Shown: positions 36,257 through 45,297, counted from the first letter of the stretch. The stretch is 64,000 nt of DNA from an uncultured Acidimicrobiaceae bacterium (GCA_963725215.1 CAVRXQ010000007.1:17294-81293), one strand, 5' to 3'. A program made the numbers and translations. Notes: generated by a model from the sequence alone, not told the origin.

Positions 36257-37093
36257 ATGCCGAGTGAAAAGCGGGCTCGCCAACGCGCCCAACGTCAGGT
36301 GAAGCTCTCCCAAGCCCAAGTGCGGAAAAAGCGCGTCCGGCGCCTGCGCCAGGGAATCTCGGCCCTCGTCATCGCGGGACTCGTCGTTTTGGTGATCGTG
36401 CTCGTGAGCCAGCCCGCGAAGCCGAAAAAGGCCGCCTCCTCCACGACGACGACGACCACGACCACTTCGACGACCACCACCACGACGCCAAAGCCCGTTC
36501 AGGCCGTCGCTCCGACGTGTCCTCCCACCACATCCGCCGGCGCGGCAAAACGTGAGACGAAGTTCACCCACGAGCCGCCGATCTGCATCACCCGCGGGGT
36601 GACCTACGACGCGACCGTGACGACCGACGTCGGCACCTTCGTCGTCCAGTTGCTCCCGAGCGCGCAGCTGCGGGCGGTGGACAACTTCGTCTTCTTGGCT
36701 CGTTACCACTTCTTCAACGGGATCATTTTCCACCGAGTCATCCCGGGCTTCGTCGTGCAAGGCGGAGATCCCACCGGCAGTGGGTCGGGCGGTCCGGGAT
36801 ACGAGTGGACCGGCAACGAACCACCAAAGTCGTGCACCGCGGCGAAGAACTGCTACGCGCCCTACGACCTCGCCTACGCGGACAGCGGCAGCTCGACGAG
36901 AACGAACGGCAGCCAGTTCTTCATCGTGCTGCCAGGCGGCCAGGCCCAGCTCACCCCCAACTACACGTTGTTCGGCAAGGTGATCTCGGGGCGTGCCGTC
37001 GTGAACAAGATCGCCACCGACGGCTCGTCGACCGGTGTCCCGAAGGTCACGCATCACATGGTCTCGGTCACGATCTCCACTGCTGCTGGCTGA
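36257..37093 (+). CDS. Membrane-anchored cyclophilin-type peptidyl-prolyl isomerase with a poly-Thr linker
   Basis: Starts at the ATG at 36257 inside ORF 36032..37093. Has a basic N-terminus, a TM helix ISALVIAGLVVLVIVLV, a linker SSTTTTTTTTSTTTTTT, then FHRVIPGFVVQGGDPTGSGSGGPGY and NGSQFFIV. Confidence 0.9.
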   Translation: MPSEKRARQRAQRQVKLSQAQVRKKRVRRLRQGISALVIAGLVVLVIVLVSQPAKPKKAASSTTTTTTTTSTTTTTTPKPVQAVAPTCPPTTSAGAAKRETKFTHEPPICITRGVTYDATVTTDVGTFVVQLLPSAQLRAVDNFVFLARYHFFNGIIFHRVIPGFVVQGGDPTGSGSGGPGYEWTGNEPPKSCTAAKNCYAPYDLAYADSGSSTRTNGSQFFIVLPGGQAQLTPNYTLFGKVISGRAVVNKIATDGSSTGVPKVTHHMVSVTISTAAG

Positions 37094-37113
37094 TCCCAAA
37101 CAAGGAGGACCCC

Positions 37114-37671
37114 GTGACGACCCCCTGCCCACCTGCTGACGGCGCCGCCGAGCGCAAGGCGAGTTTCGACGCGCCGCCACCGATGTGCATCGACCCCGCG
37201 CACCGCTATCTCGCGGAGATGGCGACCTCCAAAGGGACGATGCGCTTTTCGCTCGACCCGATCAATGCGCCGACGACGGTGAACAGCTTCGTCTTTCTCG
37301 CCCGCTATCACTACTTCGACGGGATCGTCTTTCACCGCGTCATCCCGGGCTTCGTCGCACAAGGCGGCGATCCGACTGGATCGGGATCGGGAGGTCCCGG
37401 ATACCGCTTCGACGACGAGCTACCGAAGCCCGGCCGATACGAGGTCGGATCGCTAGCGATGGCGAACGCCGGTCCGAACACGAACGGCAGCCAGTTCTTC
37501 ATCATCTCGGGCCCCCAGGGGGTGTCCTTGCCGCCGCTCTATTCGCTGTTCGGTCAGGCGGTGTCCGGTCTCGAGGTCATTTCGGCGATCGATGCCGTCG
37601 GCACCTCGTCGGGCAAGCCGCAAGAACGCGTCGCGATCGAGTCGGTGACGATCGAGGAATCGACCGACTAG
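37114..37671 (+). CDS. Cyclophilin-type peptidyl-prolyl isomerase (no signal/anchor)
   Basis: Starts at GTG 37114 with AAGGAGG 5 nt upstream. Contains FHRVIPGFVAQGGDPTGSGSGGPGY, MANAGPNTNGSQFFI. Confidence 0.9.
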   Translation: MTTPCPPADGAAERKASFDAPPPMCIDPAHRYLAEMATSKGTMRFSLDPINAPTTVNSFVFLARYHYFDGIVFHRVIPGFVAQGGDPTGSGSGGPGYRFDDELPKPGRYEVGSLAMANAGPNTNGSQFFIISGPQGVSLPPLYSLFGQAVSGLEVISAIDAVGTSSGKPQERVAIESVTIEESTD

Positions 37672-37672
37672 T
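37667..37672. repeat. Left target-site duplication ACTAGT
   Basis: Identical hexamer to 38718-38723. Contains the TAG stop (37669-37671) of the cyclophilin gene. Confidence 0.85.
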
Positions 37673-38717
37673 TGTAATTCCCAGTCACGTTGTTAACGGG
37701 AGCCTGCTTGCGGGTGGGCAGTCGCCGATTGCTGAATGGGTTCGAGACCAGTTGTAGTCCTCAACGAAGGTCTCGAGTGCGGCGAGCCGCTCGGCGTTTG
37801 TGTCGTAGCGACGCTGATAAGCCCATTCGTCGAGCATCGTGCGGTTGAAGCGCTCGGCTTTTCCGTTCGTCTGTGGTCGATAGGGACGCGTGACGAGGTG
37901 TTGGGCTCCGCCGAGGGCTGACCGAAAGCTCTTCGCGTGCACATAGTTCCAGGCGTTGTCGGTCATCACGGCCTCGATCGTGACGCCGAGCTCGTCGAAT
38001 CGTCGGATTGCTCGGGTGAGGAACCCGCTGCAGGTCTCAGCTCGCTCGTCTTTGTGGACCTCGACGTAGGCGAAGCGACTGTGGTCGTCGACCGCGACGT
38101 GGAGGTAGTCAAAGCCGATCCCAGCCCGCCTGCCGGCGGAGGTCTTGCCCATCTCACGGCCGTGCACCCGCCATCCGCCACCGTCGGGGACCCGGCCGAG
38201 CTTCTTCACGTCGACGTGGAGGAGCGCACCTGGGTGATCGCGTTCGTAGCGGATGATCGCCCGGCTCGATCGATCGAGACGGCTGAGCCGGTTAAGACCG
38301 TGGCGGAAAAGGATGGCGTGCACCGTCGATGGAGCGAGGCCGAGGCGCCCGCCGATGAGATGCGGCCCTCGGCGAATCTCGCGTCGCAGCTCGAGGACGC
38401 GCGACTCCACTTCGGGTGCCGTTCGGTGCGGACAGTGTCGCGGCCGCGACGAGCGGTCCAAAAGACCCGGCACACCTTCTTCGTGGAACCGCCGCAGCCA
38501 TTTGTAGAGCGTCTGTCGGGAGACGCCGGCCATCGCCGCCGCATGTGCCGGGGGCCAACCTTCGTCGGTGACGCGAATGACGATCAGTAGTCGCCCAGCA
38601 GGGGTGAGCTTCGCTTTAGCGTGAGCCATTGAGGGGCCTCCTCGTCGGTGGATGTGTCGCAACACCCATCCGATTGAGTGAGGTCCCTCGGTGTCAACGA
38701 CCTACCTGGGAATTACA
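37673..38717 (-). mobile_element. IS481-family insertion sequence (1045 bp), apparently intact
   Basis: Terminal inverted repeats TGTAATTCCCAG (37673-37684) and CTGGGAATTACA (38706-38717) are 12/12 perfect, with weaker similarity further in. The element is flanked by 6-bp direct repeats ACTAGT and carries a single transposase ORF. Confidence 0.92.
37685..38629 (-). CDS. IS481-family DDE transposase (integrase core)
   Basis: Starts at the ATG at 38629 (MAHAKAKLTPAGRLL). Has an HTH (GVSRQTLYKWLRRF) and DDE contexts HVDVKKL, VMTDNAWNY and TNGKAERFNRT. Confidence 0.92.
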   Translation of the reverse strand: MAHAKAKLTPAGRLLIVIRVTDEGWPPAHAAAMAGVSRQTLYKWLRRFHEEGVPGLLDRSSRPRHCPHRTAPEVESRVLELRREIRRGPHLIGGRLGLAPSTVHAILFRHGLNRLSRLDRSSRAIIRYERDHPGALLHVDVKKLGRVPDGGGWRVHGREMGKTSAGRRAGIGFDYLHVAVDDHSRFAYVEVHKDERAETCSGFLTRAIRRFDELGVTIEAVMTDNAWNYVHAKSFRSALGGAQHLVTRPYRPQTNGKAERFNRTMLDEWAYQRRYDTNAERLAALETFVEDYNWSRTHSAIGDCPPASRLPLTT

Positions 38718-38723
38718 ACTAGT
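38718..38723. repeat. Right target-site duplication ACTAGT
   Basis: Identical hexamer to 37667-37672, immediately outside the right IR. Confidence 0.85.
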
Positions 38724-38738
38724 CGGCGCGGTGGCGGC

Positions 38739-39263
38739 TCATCTGATGAGCGCGTCGGGAGTCAGCACGACGCCTGACGAAATCTCGCCGTCTTCGATCG
38801 CCATCGCGATCGCGCCGCCTTTTTTCACCTCGGTCGCTTTGCCGTCGAGCAGTCCTGACTCGGCGAGCCCAAGCACGATCTCCGTGCAGACATCCCCGTG
38901 CGAGCAAGCGAAGATGGTCGCCTTCTCGTCAACCCCGTCCGCTTCGCCGACCAGCAGCTCCAAAGACTCGATCCCGTCGAAGCCCTCGGCGAGATAGTCG
39001 ACGAGCTCGACGTCACATCCGAGCTTCGCCGCGAGTGGCGCCACGGTTGCGACACATCGCTCCGCGGGGCTCGATATCACCCTCGCGATCGGCTGTGACC
39101 CGTACCTGTCGGCGATCTCGTCCGCGTGGCGGCGACCCTGTTCTGAAAGGGGTCGCTCGGAGTCGTCCTGCTTCCACGTCGAGCGCGCGAGCGCGTTGGC
39201 GTGACGGACGAGAAGGACTCGGCGGTGCTCGGTGGAACGTCTCTTCTTCGCCATTGCGTTCAA
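38739..39263 (-). CDS. Histidine phosphatase superfamily protein (SixA-like)
   Basis: Contains VLLVRHANA (RHG-type motif), ISSPAERC and FACSHGD. 174 aa. Confidence 0.78.
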   Translation of the reverse strand: MNAMAKKRRSTEHRRVLLVRHANALARSTWKQDDSERPLSEQGRRHADEIADRYGSQPIARVISSPAERCVATVAPLAAKLGCDVELVDYLAEGFDGIESLELLVGEADGVDEKATIFACSHGDVCTEIVLGLAESGLLDGKATEVKKGGAIAMAIEDGEISSGVVLTPDALIR

Positions 39264-39973
39264 CCCCCGGCGACGCCGATCGCCGAACCGATCCCGTAGG
39301 TCACGGCGCCGGCGACGGCGCAGACGAACAGCAACCGGAACGCCGAGTACACGAGCCCCCGACGGGTGATGAAAGACAAGAGCGCGCCGACGATAAGCGC
39401 GGCAGCGCCGGTGAGCGCGATGGACAACTCGATCGCTGAGGCTCCCGAGCTTCCTCCAAGAAAGGCAACGAGCGGGATGAGCGCCCCGACGGCGAAGGTG
39501 CCGAATGACGCCAGCGCCGCCTGGTTCGGCGAACCGAGCTCGTTCGGGTCGATGCCGAGTTCCTCGCGGGCGTGGACTTCGAGCGCCATCGCGGGATCGG
39601 CCATCAGCTTCTCCGACAAAGTGCGCGCGGTCTCGGCGTCGATCCCCCGCGAGCGGTAGATGCCTTCGAGCTCCCGCCGCTCGGCGAGCGGGTGCCTCGC
39701 GATCTCCTCACGTTCGACGCCGAGTTCGTGCTCGAACACCTCACGCTGGGATCGCATCGAGATGTACTCGCCGGCCGCCATGGAAAAGGACCCCCCGAGC
39801 AGGCCGGCGAGTCCCGCCAGCCGCACGACACCTGCTCCGGGGTGCGCGCCCGCGGTGCCGAGAACGAGCGACACGTTCGAGACGAGTCCGTCGCTGATGC
39901 CGAACACCGCGGCGCGAAGCCCTCCACCGCGGACGTCGCGGTGCGAGTCGTGATGACCCGAGTAATCCGGCAT
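39260..39973 (-). CDS. VIT1/CCC1 family iron/manganese transporter
   Basis: Starts at ATG 39973. Contains LRAAVFGISDGLVSNVSLVLG, GEYISMRSQRE, and C-terminal TM helices. Confidence 0.85.
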   Translation of the reverse strand: MPDYSGHHDSHRDVRGGGLRAAVFGISDGLVSNVSLVLGTAGAHPGAGVVRLAGLAGLLGGSFSMAAGEYISMRSQREVFEHELGVEREEIARHPLAERRELEGIYRSRGIDAETARTLSEKLMADPAMALEVHAREELGIDPNELGSPNQAALASFGTFAVGALIPLVAFLGGSSGASAIELSIALTGAAALIVGALLSFITRRGLVYSAFRLLFVCAVAGAVTYGIGSAIGVAGG

Positions 39974-40216
39974 CGCGCGGGCCTGCCAGCGGCGGTGACG
40001 CCCGAACACCGTGGCGTGGCGCACTCGACGTCCCGCGGCGGAGGTCCGTCCCATCATCGGTCACGTTATCCCCGCACTTTGGGAGGAAACGCCGCTGATT
40101 CACGCGTTCGACGCCGAAATTTCGCCGCCGTGTCACGAACTGTTCACCCCAATCACGCGCGGTTGTCACTGCGCGCGGCAACGATCGCGTTGACGGAGGC
40201 AACCGAAAGAGCACAT

Positions 40217-40972
40217 GTGACAAGCGCGATCGCGCCGGAGCGTGACCGGACCGAGTGGCCACGCGTCCTGCTCGTGGGCGATGACGACAACCAGACCCTC
40301 GCGCTCACGCTCGGGCTCGAGCGCGAGGGTCTCGCCGTTACGGCGATCCGCGACGCTGACGACGCGTTCGGCACGGTCGACACGGTGCAACCCGACATCA
40401 TCTTGTTGGAGGCGACACCGTCTGGCGCCTCGGGAGTCGATCTCTGTCGTCAGCTGAGAGACCGCAGCATCGACACCCCGATCATCATCGTCAGTTCGCG
40501 CGACGACGAGGTCGACATCGTCGTCGGGATCGAAGTCGGCGCAGATGACTACCTCACAAAGCCATTGCGCATTCGCGAACTCGTCGCCCGCATCGGCGCG
40601 CAGCTTCGACGAGCGCATCTTCGCCAAGTGGATGGCGACGGACGTGTCAGCGCGCACGTCGTACCGACGACGCTCGGCGCAAGCGGAATCGTCCTCGATC
40701 CGGCGCGTCACGAGGTGACCGTCCGCGGTAGCGAGGTCGAACTACCGCTTCGCGAGTTCCAAGTGTTGCGAGAGCTCTTGGCGAACGCAGGGCGGGTGGT
40801 GACTCGAGACGAACTCCTGGAAAGGGTGTGGGGACTGGAATACGACGGTGACCCCCGCATCGTTGCCACCCTCATCGGCCGCCTGCGCGCCCGCGTCGAG
40901 CGCGACCCGGATCGGCCCGTTCTCATCGTCACGATCCGCGGAGTCGGTTACCGGCTGAACGACCGCCTCTGA
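40217..40972 (+). CDS. Orphan OmpR-family response regulator with Glu at the phospho-acceptor position
   Basis: Starts at GTG 40217 inside ORF 39572..40972. The receiver has VLLVGDDD, PDIILLEATPSGASG (Glu where Asp is expected), IIIVSS and ADDYLTKP. The winged helix has LPLREFQVLRELLANAGRVVTRDELL and IRGVGYRL. No kinase gene is adjacent. Confidence 0.85.
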   Translation: MTSAIAPERDRTEWPRVLLVGDDDNQTLALTLGLEREGLAVTAIRDADDAFGTVDTVQPDIILLEATPSGASGVDLCRQLRDRSIDTPIIIVSSRDDEVDIVVGIEVGADDYLTKPLRIRELVARIGAQLRRAHLRQVDGDGRVSAHVVPTTLGASGIVLDPARHEVTVRGSEVELPLREFQVLRELLANAGRVVTRDELLERVWGLEYDGDPRIVATLIGRLRARVERDPDRPVLIVTIRGVGYRLNDRL

Positions 40973-41016
40973 GCGGTCGGGGATCTCTGGGACCTCCGAC
41001 CTAGGATCACTCCTAG

Positions 41017-41640
41017 ATGGCACGCAACGACTCGGCGGGGCACGACCTCGCCGCGGAGATCCAACGGTCCCATCCTCTCGCCAAAGAGGCGTTTTTCGAT
41101 CTCGTGATGTTGCGCGCGTACAAGAAGTCGGAAGAGCCGTTCGTGCTTTCGTCCGGCCAGAAAAGTTACGACTACGTCGACTTGCGCAGCGCGGTCGCAG
41201 ACGGCCGCGACCTCGAGATCGCGGCGCGTGCACTCATCGAGCACCTCGATGACCTGGGGGTGGACTTTGATGCCATCGGGGGGATGACGATGGGGGCGGA
41301 TCCGTTCTCGCACGCGGTCGCGCTGATCCGTCCGACGCGTTGGTTCTCGGTGCGCAAGGTCGACAAATCGCACGGTTCGAAGCGTCGAGTAGAAGGAGCG
41401 GACATCGACGGCACGCGCGTCGTGCTGTTGGAGGACACCGCGTCGACCGGCGGATCGATCCTCGCCGCATACGACGTCCTCGTCTCCTCGAAGGCGGAGG
41501 TCGTCCACGCCTGCTCGTTGTTGGACCGCGGGGACGAGGCGAAAGAGGCGTTCTCGAGGCTCGGCGTCAGTTATTCGAGCATCCTTTCTTACCGCGACCT
41601 CGGCATCGATCCGATCGTCGTCTCGTCTTCATCGAACTGA
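41017..41640 (+). CDS. pyrE: Orotate phosphoribosyltransferase
   Basis: Contains FVLSSGQKSYDYVDLR, and the PRPP-binding loop VVLLEDTASTGGS. Confidence 0.8.
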   Translation: MARNDSAGHDLAAEIQRSHPLAKEAFFDLVMLRAYKKSEEPFVLSSGQKSYDYVDLRSAVADGRDLEIAARALIEHLDDLGVDFDAIGGMTMGADPFSHAVALIRPTRWFSVRKVDKSHGSKRRVEGADIDGTRVVLLEDTASTGGSILAAYDVLVSSKAEVVHACSLLDRGDEAKEAFSRLGVSYSSILSYRDLGIDPIVVSSSSN

Positions 41641-41652
41641 CGCCTGGAGTTC

Positions 41653-42825
41653 GTGGACTTCCTTGACGCGATCCTGATCGTCGTCCTCGTCGGCGCGGCA
41701 GCACACGGGCTGCGGGTCGGGGCGGCCGTGCAGGTCGCGACGATCGTCGGCGTCCTCGCAGGGGTCACTCTCGGCGTGGTGCTCATCGTGAACGTCGGCC
41801 CGCACCTTTCGGGCACCGCGACAAAGACGCTCGCCGCGATCTTGTTCCTCCTCATCCCGGCTTCGGTATTCGGCGGGATCGGACGCCAAGGGGGCGTCCA
41901 TCTCTGGCGGGCGATCCGGCGCATCCAGTTCGGTCATTTGGACGCCCTCGCCGGACTGTTGTTCGCCGTCGCCGGAATGGGCGTCGTGCTATGGCTCTTC
42001 GCCTCGGCGTTCGTGAACGCGCCGTCCACGCTGCTCGCGAACGAGATCGAGAACTCCGCCATCTTGCGGGGGATCGACACGGTGATGCCTCCCGTTCCCG
42101 ACGCGTTCGCTCGCATCGACGCCTACCTCGCCGAAAGCGGCTTCCCCCAGGTCGTCGTGGGCCTCGTCCCCGGGCCGTCGGCGAAGGTGCCGCTCGCCAC
42201 CCGCGCCGAAGTCACCCAGGCGACCCGCGCCGCCGCCGCGTCGACGGTGAAGGTGATCTCGATCGGTTGCAACGAGGAGATCGAGGGATCCGGTTTCGAA
42301 GTGCCCGGTGGGCTCGTCGTGACGAACGCACACGTCATCGCCGGATCCCGCTCCATCACGGTCTACGCGCCGAACGGCCGCTCGTCCCGCGCCGTTCCCG
42401 TGCTGTTCGATTCGCGCTTCGACCTTGCCGTGTTGCGGATCGGCACGCTCGGCATCCCTGCGCTGAGCGTCGACGACGGTTACGTCTCTGATGGAAAGAG
42501 CGTCGTGTTCCTCGGCTACCCCGAAGACGGACCGCTGCGCGAGGGCGCGGCCGGAGTCGTCGCGCGCTTCACCGCGGAAGGTCGCGATATCTACGACGAA
42601 GCGCTCGCGATTCGCCAGGTGTACGAGATTCATGGCTTCGTCGAGCCCGGCAACTCCGGTGGCCCTCTCGTCACCCCGTCTGGCAAAGTGCTCGGCGTCG
42701 TCTTCTCGCGTTCGACGTCGCGAAACGACATCGGATTCGCGCTTACCTCGCCCGGCGTTGAGGCTCGGATCACCGAGGCGCAACAGCGCCGATCCTCGGT
42801 CTCGACCGGACAGTGCATCGAATGA
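41653..42825 (+). CDS. MarP-like membrane serine protease (CvpA domain plus trypsin-like domain)
   Basis: The N-terminus has 4 TM segments (CvpA-like). The C-terminus has GSGFEVPGGLVVTNAHV, DLAVLRI and GNSGGPLV, giving the His/Asp/Ser triad contexts. Confidence 0.85.
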   Translation: MDFLDAILIVVLVGAAAHGLRVGAAVQVATIVGVLAGVTLGVVLIVNVGPHLSGTATKTLAAILFLLIPASVFGGIGRQGGVHLWRAIRRIQFGHLDALAGLLFAVAGMGVVLWLFASAFVNAPSTLLANEIENSAILRGIDTVMPPVPDAFARIDAYLAESGFPQVVVGLVPGPSAKVPLATRAEVTQATRAAAASTVKVISIGCNEEIEGSGFEVPGGLVVTNAHVIAGSRSITVYAPNGRSSRAVPVLFDSRFDLAVLRIGTLGIPALSVDDGYVSDGKSVVFLGYPEDGPLREGAAGVVARFTAEGRDIYDEALAIRQVYEIHGFVEPGNSGGPLVTPSGKVLGVVFSRSTSRNDIGFALTSPGVEARITEAQQRRSSVSTGQCIE

Positions 42826-42876
42826 TGCGAGCGGCGAGGATATGAGGCCTCCTTCGCAACGGTCCGGGAGGATGCG

Positions 42877-44811
42877 GTGGCGCTGAAGATCGAGGATTAC
42901 GGGCTGATCGGCGACGCGCACACCGGCGCGCTCGTCGGACGCGACGGATCGATCGACTGGGCGTGCTTGCCGCGCTTTGACTCCCGCGCGTGCTTCGCCC
43001 GCCTCGTCGGCGACGAGGAGAACGGCTTCTGGCGCATCGCCCCCACCGCAAGCCCTTTGCCAGGGCGCGGCGAACCGTTGTTGGCGGCGCGGCGGCGCTA
43101 CATCGATGACACCTTGGTGTTGGAGAGTGAATTCGATACCGACTCGGGCACCGTTCGCATCACCGACTTCATGCCGCGGCGCGATCAGTACCCCGAGATC
43201 GTGCGGCTCGTCGAGGGAGTCTCGGGAACAGTCGAGATGCGGATGGACCTCGTGATCCGCTTCGGCACGGGCAAAGTCACCCCCTGGGTACGCGACACCG
43301 GCGCGGTGCTATCCGCTATCGCAGGACCGGACGCGCTCGCGTTGTGGACGCCTGTGCACACCGTCGGCGCGCAGATGACGACGACGGCGCGCTTTCAGGT
43401 GAGCGCCGGCCACAGCGTCCCGTTCGTCCTGGCGTGGCATCCTTCGCACACCGCCCCACCGCGACCGACCGATGCGACTTACGCGATGCGCCAGACGACG
43501 AAATGGTGGCACGAGTGGTCGTCGCTCGCGCTCCTCGGCAACGACGAATGGGCCGACGCGGTGATGCGCTCCGCGATCACGTTGAAGGCGCTCACCTTCG
43601 AGCCGACGGGCGGCATCATCGCCGCCCCGACGACGTCGTTGCCGGAGGCGATCGGCGACGGACGCAACTGGGACTACCGCTACTGCTGGCTCCGCGACGC
43701 GACCTTGACGCTCAGTTCATTGATGGCCGCCGGCTACCACGACGAAGCGCTCGCCTGGCGGGACTGGCTATTACGCGCGGTCGCCGGGGACCCCTCAAAA
43801 CTGCAGATCCTCTACGGCGTGGCCGGCGAGCGCGACCTTTTCGAACGCGAGGCGGACTGGCTCTCCGGTTACGAAGGCTCGAAGCCCGTTCGCACCGGCA
43901 ATGCGGCGGCTGACCAATTCCAACTCGACGTGTACGGAGAGGTGATATCGGTCCTCCATGAGTCTCGACGCCTCGGCGACGACGCCGGCCCGGCGTGGGA
44001 CTTGGAAATCAAGCTGGTCGAGTTCTTGGAAGACGGTTGGCGCCAGCCAGACGACGGAATCTGGGAGGTGCGCGGACCGAGGCGGCACTTCACCCACTCG
44101 AAGGTGTTCGCCTGGGTGGCGATCGACCGGGCGATCAAAGACACCGAGCAGTTCGGTTTCGAGGGCCCGGTCGACAAGTGGAAAGCGCTGCGCCAGGACA
44201 TCTTTGACGAGGTCTGCGAGAAGAGCTTCGACGCGAACCGCAACACCTTCACGCAGTACTTCGGCTCAAAAGAGCTCGACGCGAGCGTCTTGATGATTCC
44301 CCTCGTCGGCTTCCTTCCGGCGACCGACCCTCGAGTCGAAGGCACGGTGGCGGCGATCGAGCGTGAGCTCACCGCCGACGGGTTCGTGCTGCGCTACTCG
44401 ACGGGCGATGGGGTCGGTGTCGACGGGCTCTCGTCGCGCGAGGGCGCGTTCTTGCCGTGCTCGTTCTGGCTCGCCGACTGCTACAACCTGATGGGTCGTC
44501 GTGACGATGCGGTTGCCCTTTTCAACAGGTTGCTCTCGCTCCGCAACGATCTCGGCTTGCTGTCCGAGGAGTACGACCCGGTCACGGGGCGCCTCGTCGG
44601 GAATTTCCCCCAGGCTTTCTCGCACATCGAGCTGATGGACACGGCGATCAACCTCTCAGGCGATCAGCAGTGGACTAGCGGGATGACGCACAAAGAGCGC
44701 CTCGAAGGATCACGCTTTGAGTTCCGAAAGCGCATCCGCAACCGGCCGCGTCCCCACCACCCGGTCTTGCACATTCCGCACCATGGCCAAGGACGCCGTC
44801 CGCGCAGCTGA
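42877..44811 (+). CDS. Glycoside hydrolase family 15 (glucoamylase/trehalase-like)
   Basis: Contains IEDYGLIGDAHTGALVGRDGSIDWACLPRFDS, TSLPEAIGDGRNWDYRYCWLRDA, EVRG and FPQAFSH. Confidence 0.9.
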   Translation: MALKIEDYGLIGDAHTGALVGRDGSIDWACLPRFDSRACFARLVGDEENGFWRIAPTASPLPGRGEPLLAARRRYIDDTLVLESEFDTDSGTVRITDFMPRRDQYPEIVRLVEGVSGTVEMRMDLVIRFGTGKVTPWVRDTGAVLSAIAGPDALALWTPVHTVGAQMTTTARFQVSAGHSVPFVLAWHPSHTAPPRPTDATYAMRQTTKWWHEWSSLALLGNDEWADAVMRSAITLKALTFEPTGGIIAAPTTSLPEAIGDGRNWDYRYCWLRDATLTLSSLMAAGYHDEALAWRDWLLRAVAGDPSKLQILYGVAGERDLFEREADWLSGYEGSKPVRTGNAAADQFQLDVYGEVISVLHESRRLGDDAGPAWDLEIKLVEFLEDGWRQPDDGIWEVRGPRRHFTHSKVFAWVAIDRAIKDTEQFGFEGPVDKWKALRQDIFDEVCEKSFDANRNTFTQYFGSKELDASVLMIPLVGFLPATDPRVEGTVAAIERELTADGFVLRYSTGDGVGVDGLSSREGAFLPCSFWLADCYNLMGRRDDAVALFNRLLSLRNDLGLLSEEYDPVTGRLVGNFPQAFSHIELMDTAINLSGDQQWTSGMTHKERLEGSRFEFRKRIRNRPRPHHPVLHIPHHGQGRRPRS

Positions 44812-45249
44812 TCAGTTGCCGAGCAGCCAGCGCGGCCCCGGCCCGAGCTTCGCCGCCACGTCATCGGGGTTCGACAACCGGCAGACCCCGAGGGATAGGC
44901 AGCCGCATCCGATGCACGAGTCCAGCCGGTCGCGCAGTCGCTCGAGCTCGGCGATCCGCTCGTCGAGTCGCGGCCTCCACGACGCCGAGAGGCGCCCCCA
45001 ATCCGAGGCGTTCGGGGTGCGCGAGTTCGGCAAAGAGGCGAGCGCCTCTTTGATCTCTTCGAGGCTCAGGCCGACGTGCTGCGCGGCGCGGACGAACGCC
45101 ACCCGCCGCAGCACCTCGCGCCGGTAACGGCGCTGGCCGCCGTCGGAGCGGGTCGCCTCGATCAATCCCTCGCGCTCGTAGTAGCGCAGCGACGAGGCGG
45201 CGATCCCCGCCCGTTCGGCGACGTCTCCGATCGTGAGCAGCTGGGCCAC
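44812..45249 (-). CDS. soxR: Redox-sensitive MerR-family regulator SoxR
   Basis: Starts at GTG 45249 inside ORF 44812..45849. Has an HTH (LTIGDVAERAGIAASSLRYYEREGLI) and the 2Fe-2S motif CIGCGCLSLGVCRLSNP. Confidence 0.9.
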   Translation of the reverse strand: MAQLLTIGDVAERAGIAASSLRYYEREGLIEATRSDGGQRRYRREVLRRVAFVRAAQHVGLSLEEIKEALASLPNSRTPNASDWGRLSASWRPRLDERIAELERLRDRLDSCIGCGCLSLGVCRLSNPDDVAAKLGPGPRWLLGN

Positions 45250-45260
45250 GAATCCACCTC

Positions 45261-45291
45261 TTGACTTAAAGTCAACTTTAATAAGTACGTT
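45261..45291 (+). promoter_or_regulatory. Putative MerR-type promoter/operator for the SDR/QueA-like operon
   Basis: TTGACT (45261-45266), a 19-bp spacer, TACGTT (45286-45291), then 6 nt to the ATG at 45298. A perfect dyad TTGACTT-A-AAGTCAA (45261-45275) overlaps the -35 element. A further GTCAAC-N12-GTTGAC dyad lies at 45271-45294. Confidence 0.55.
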
Positions 45292-45297
45292 GACCCC

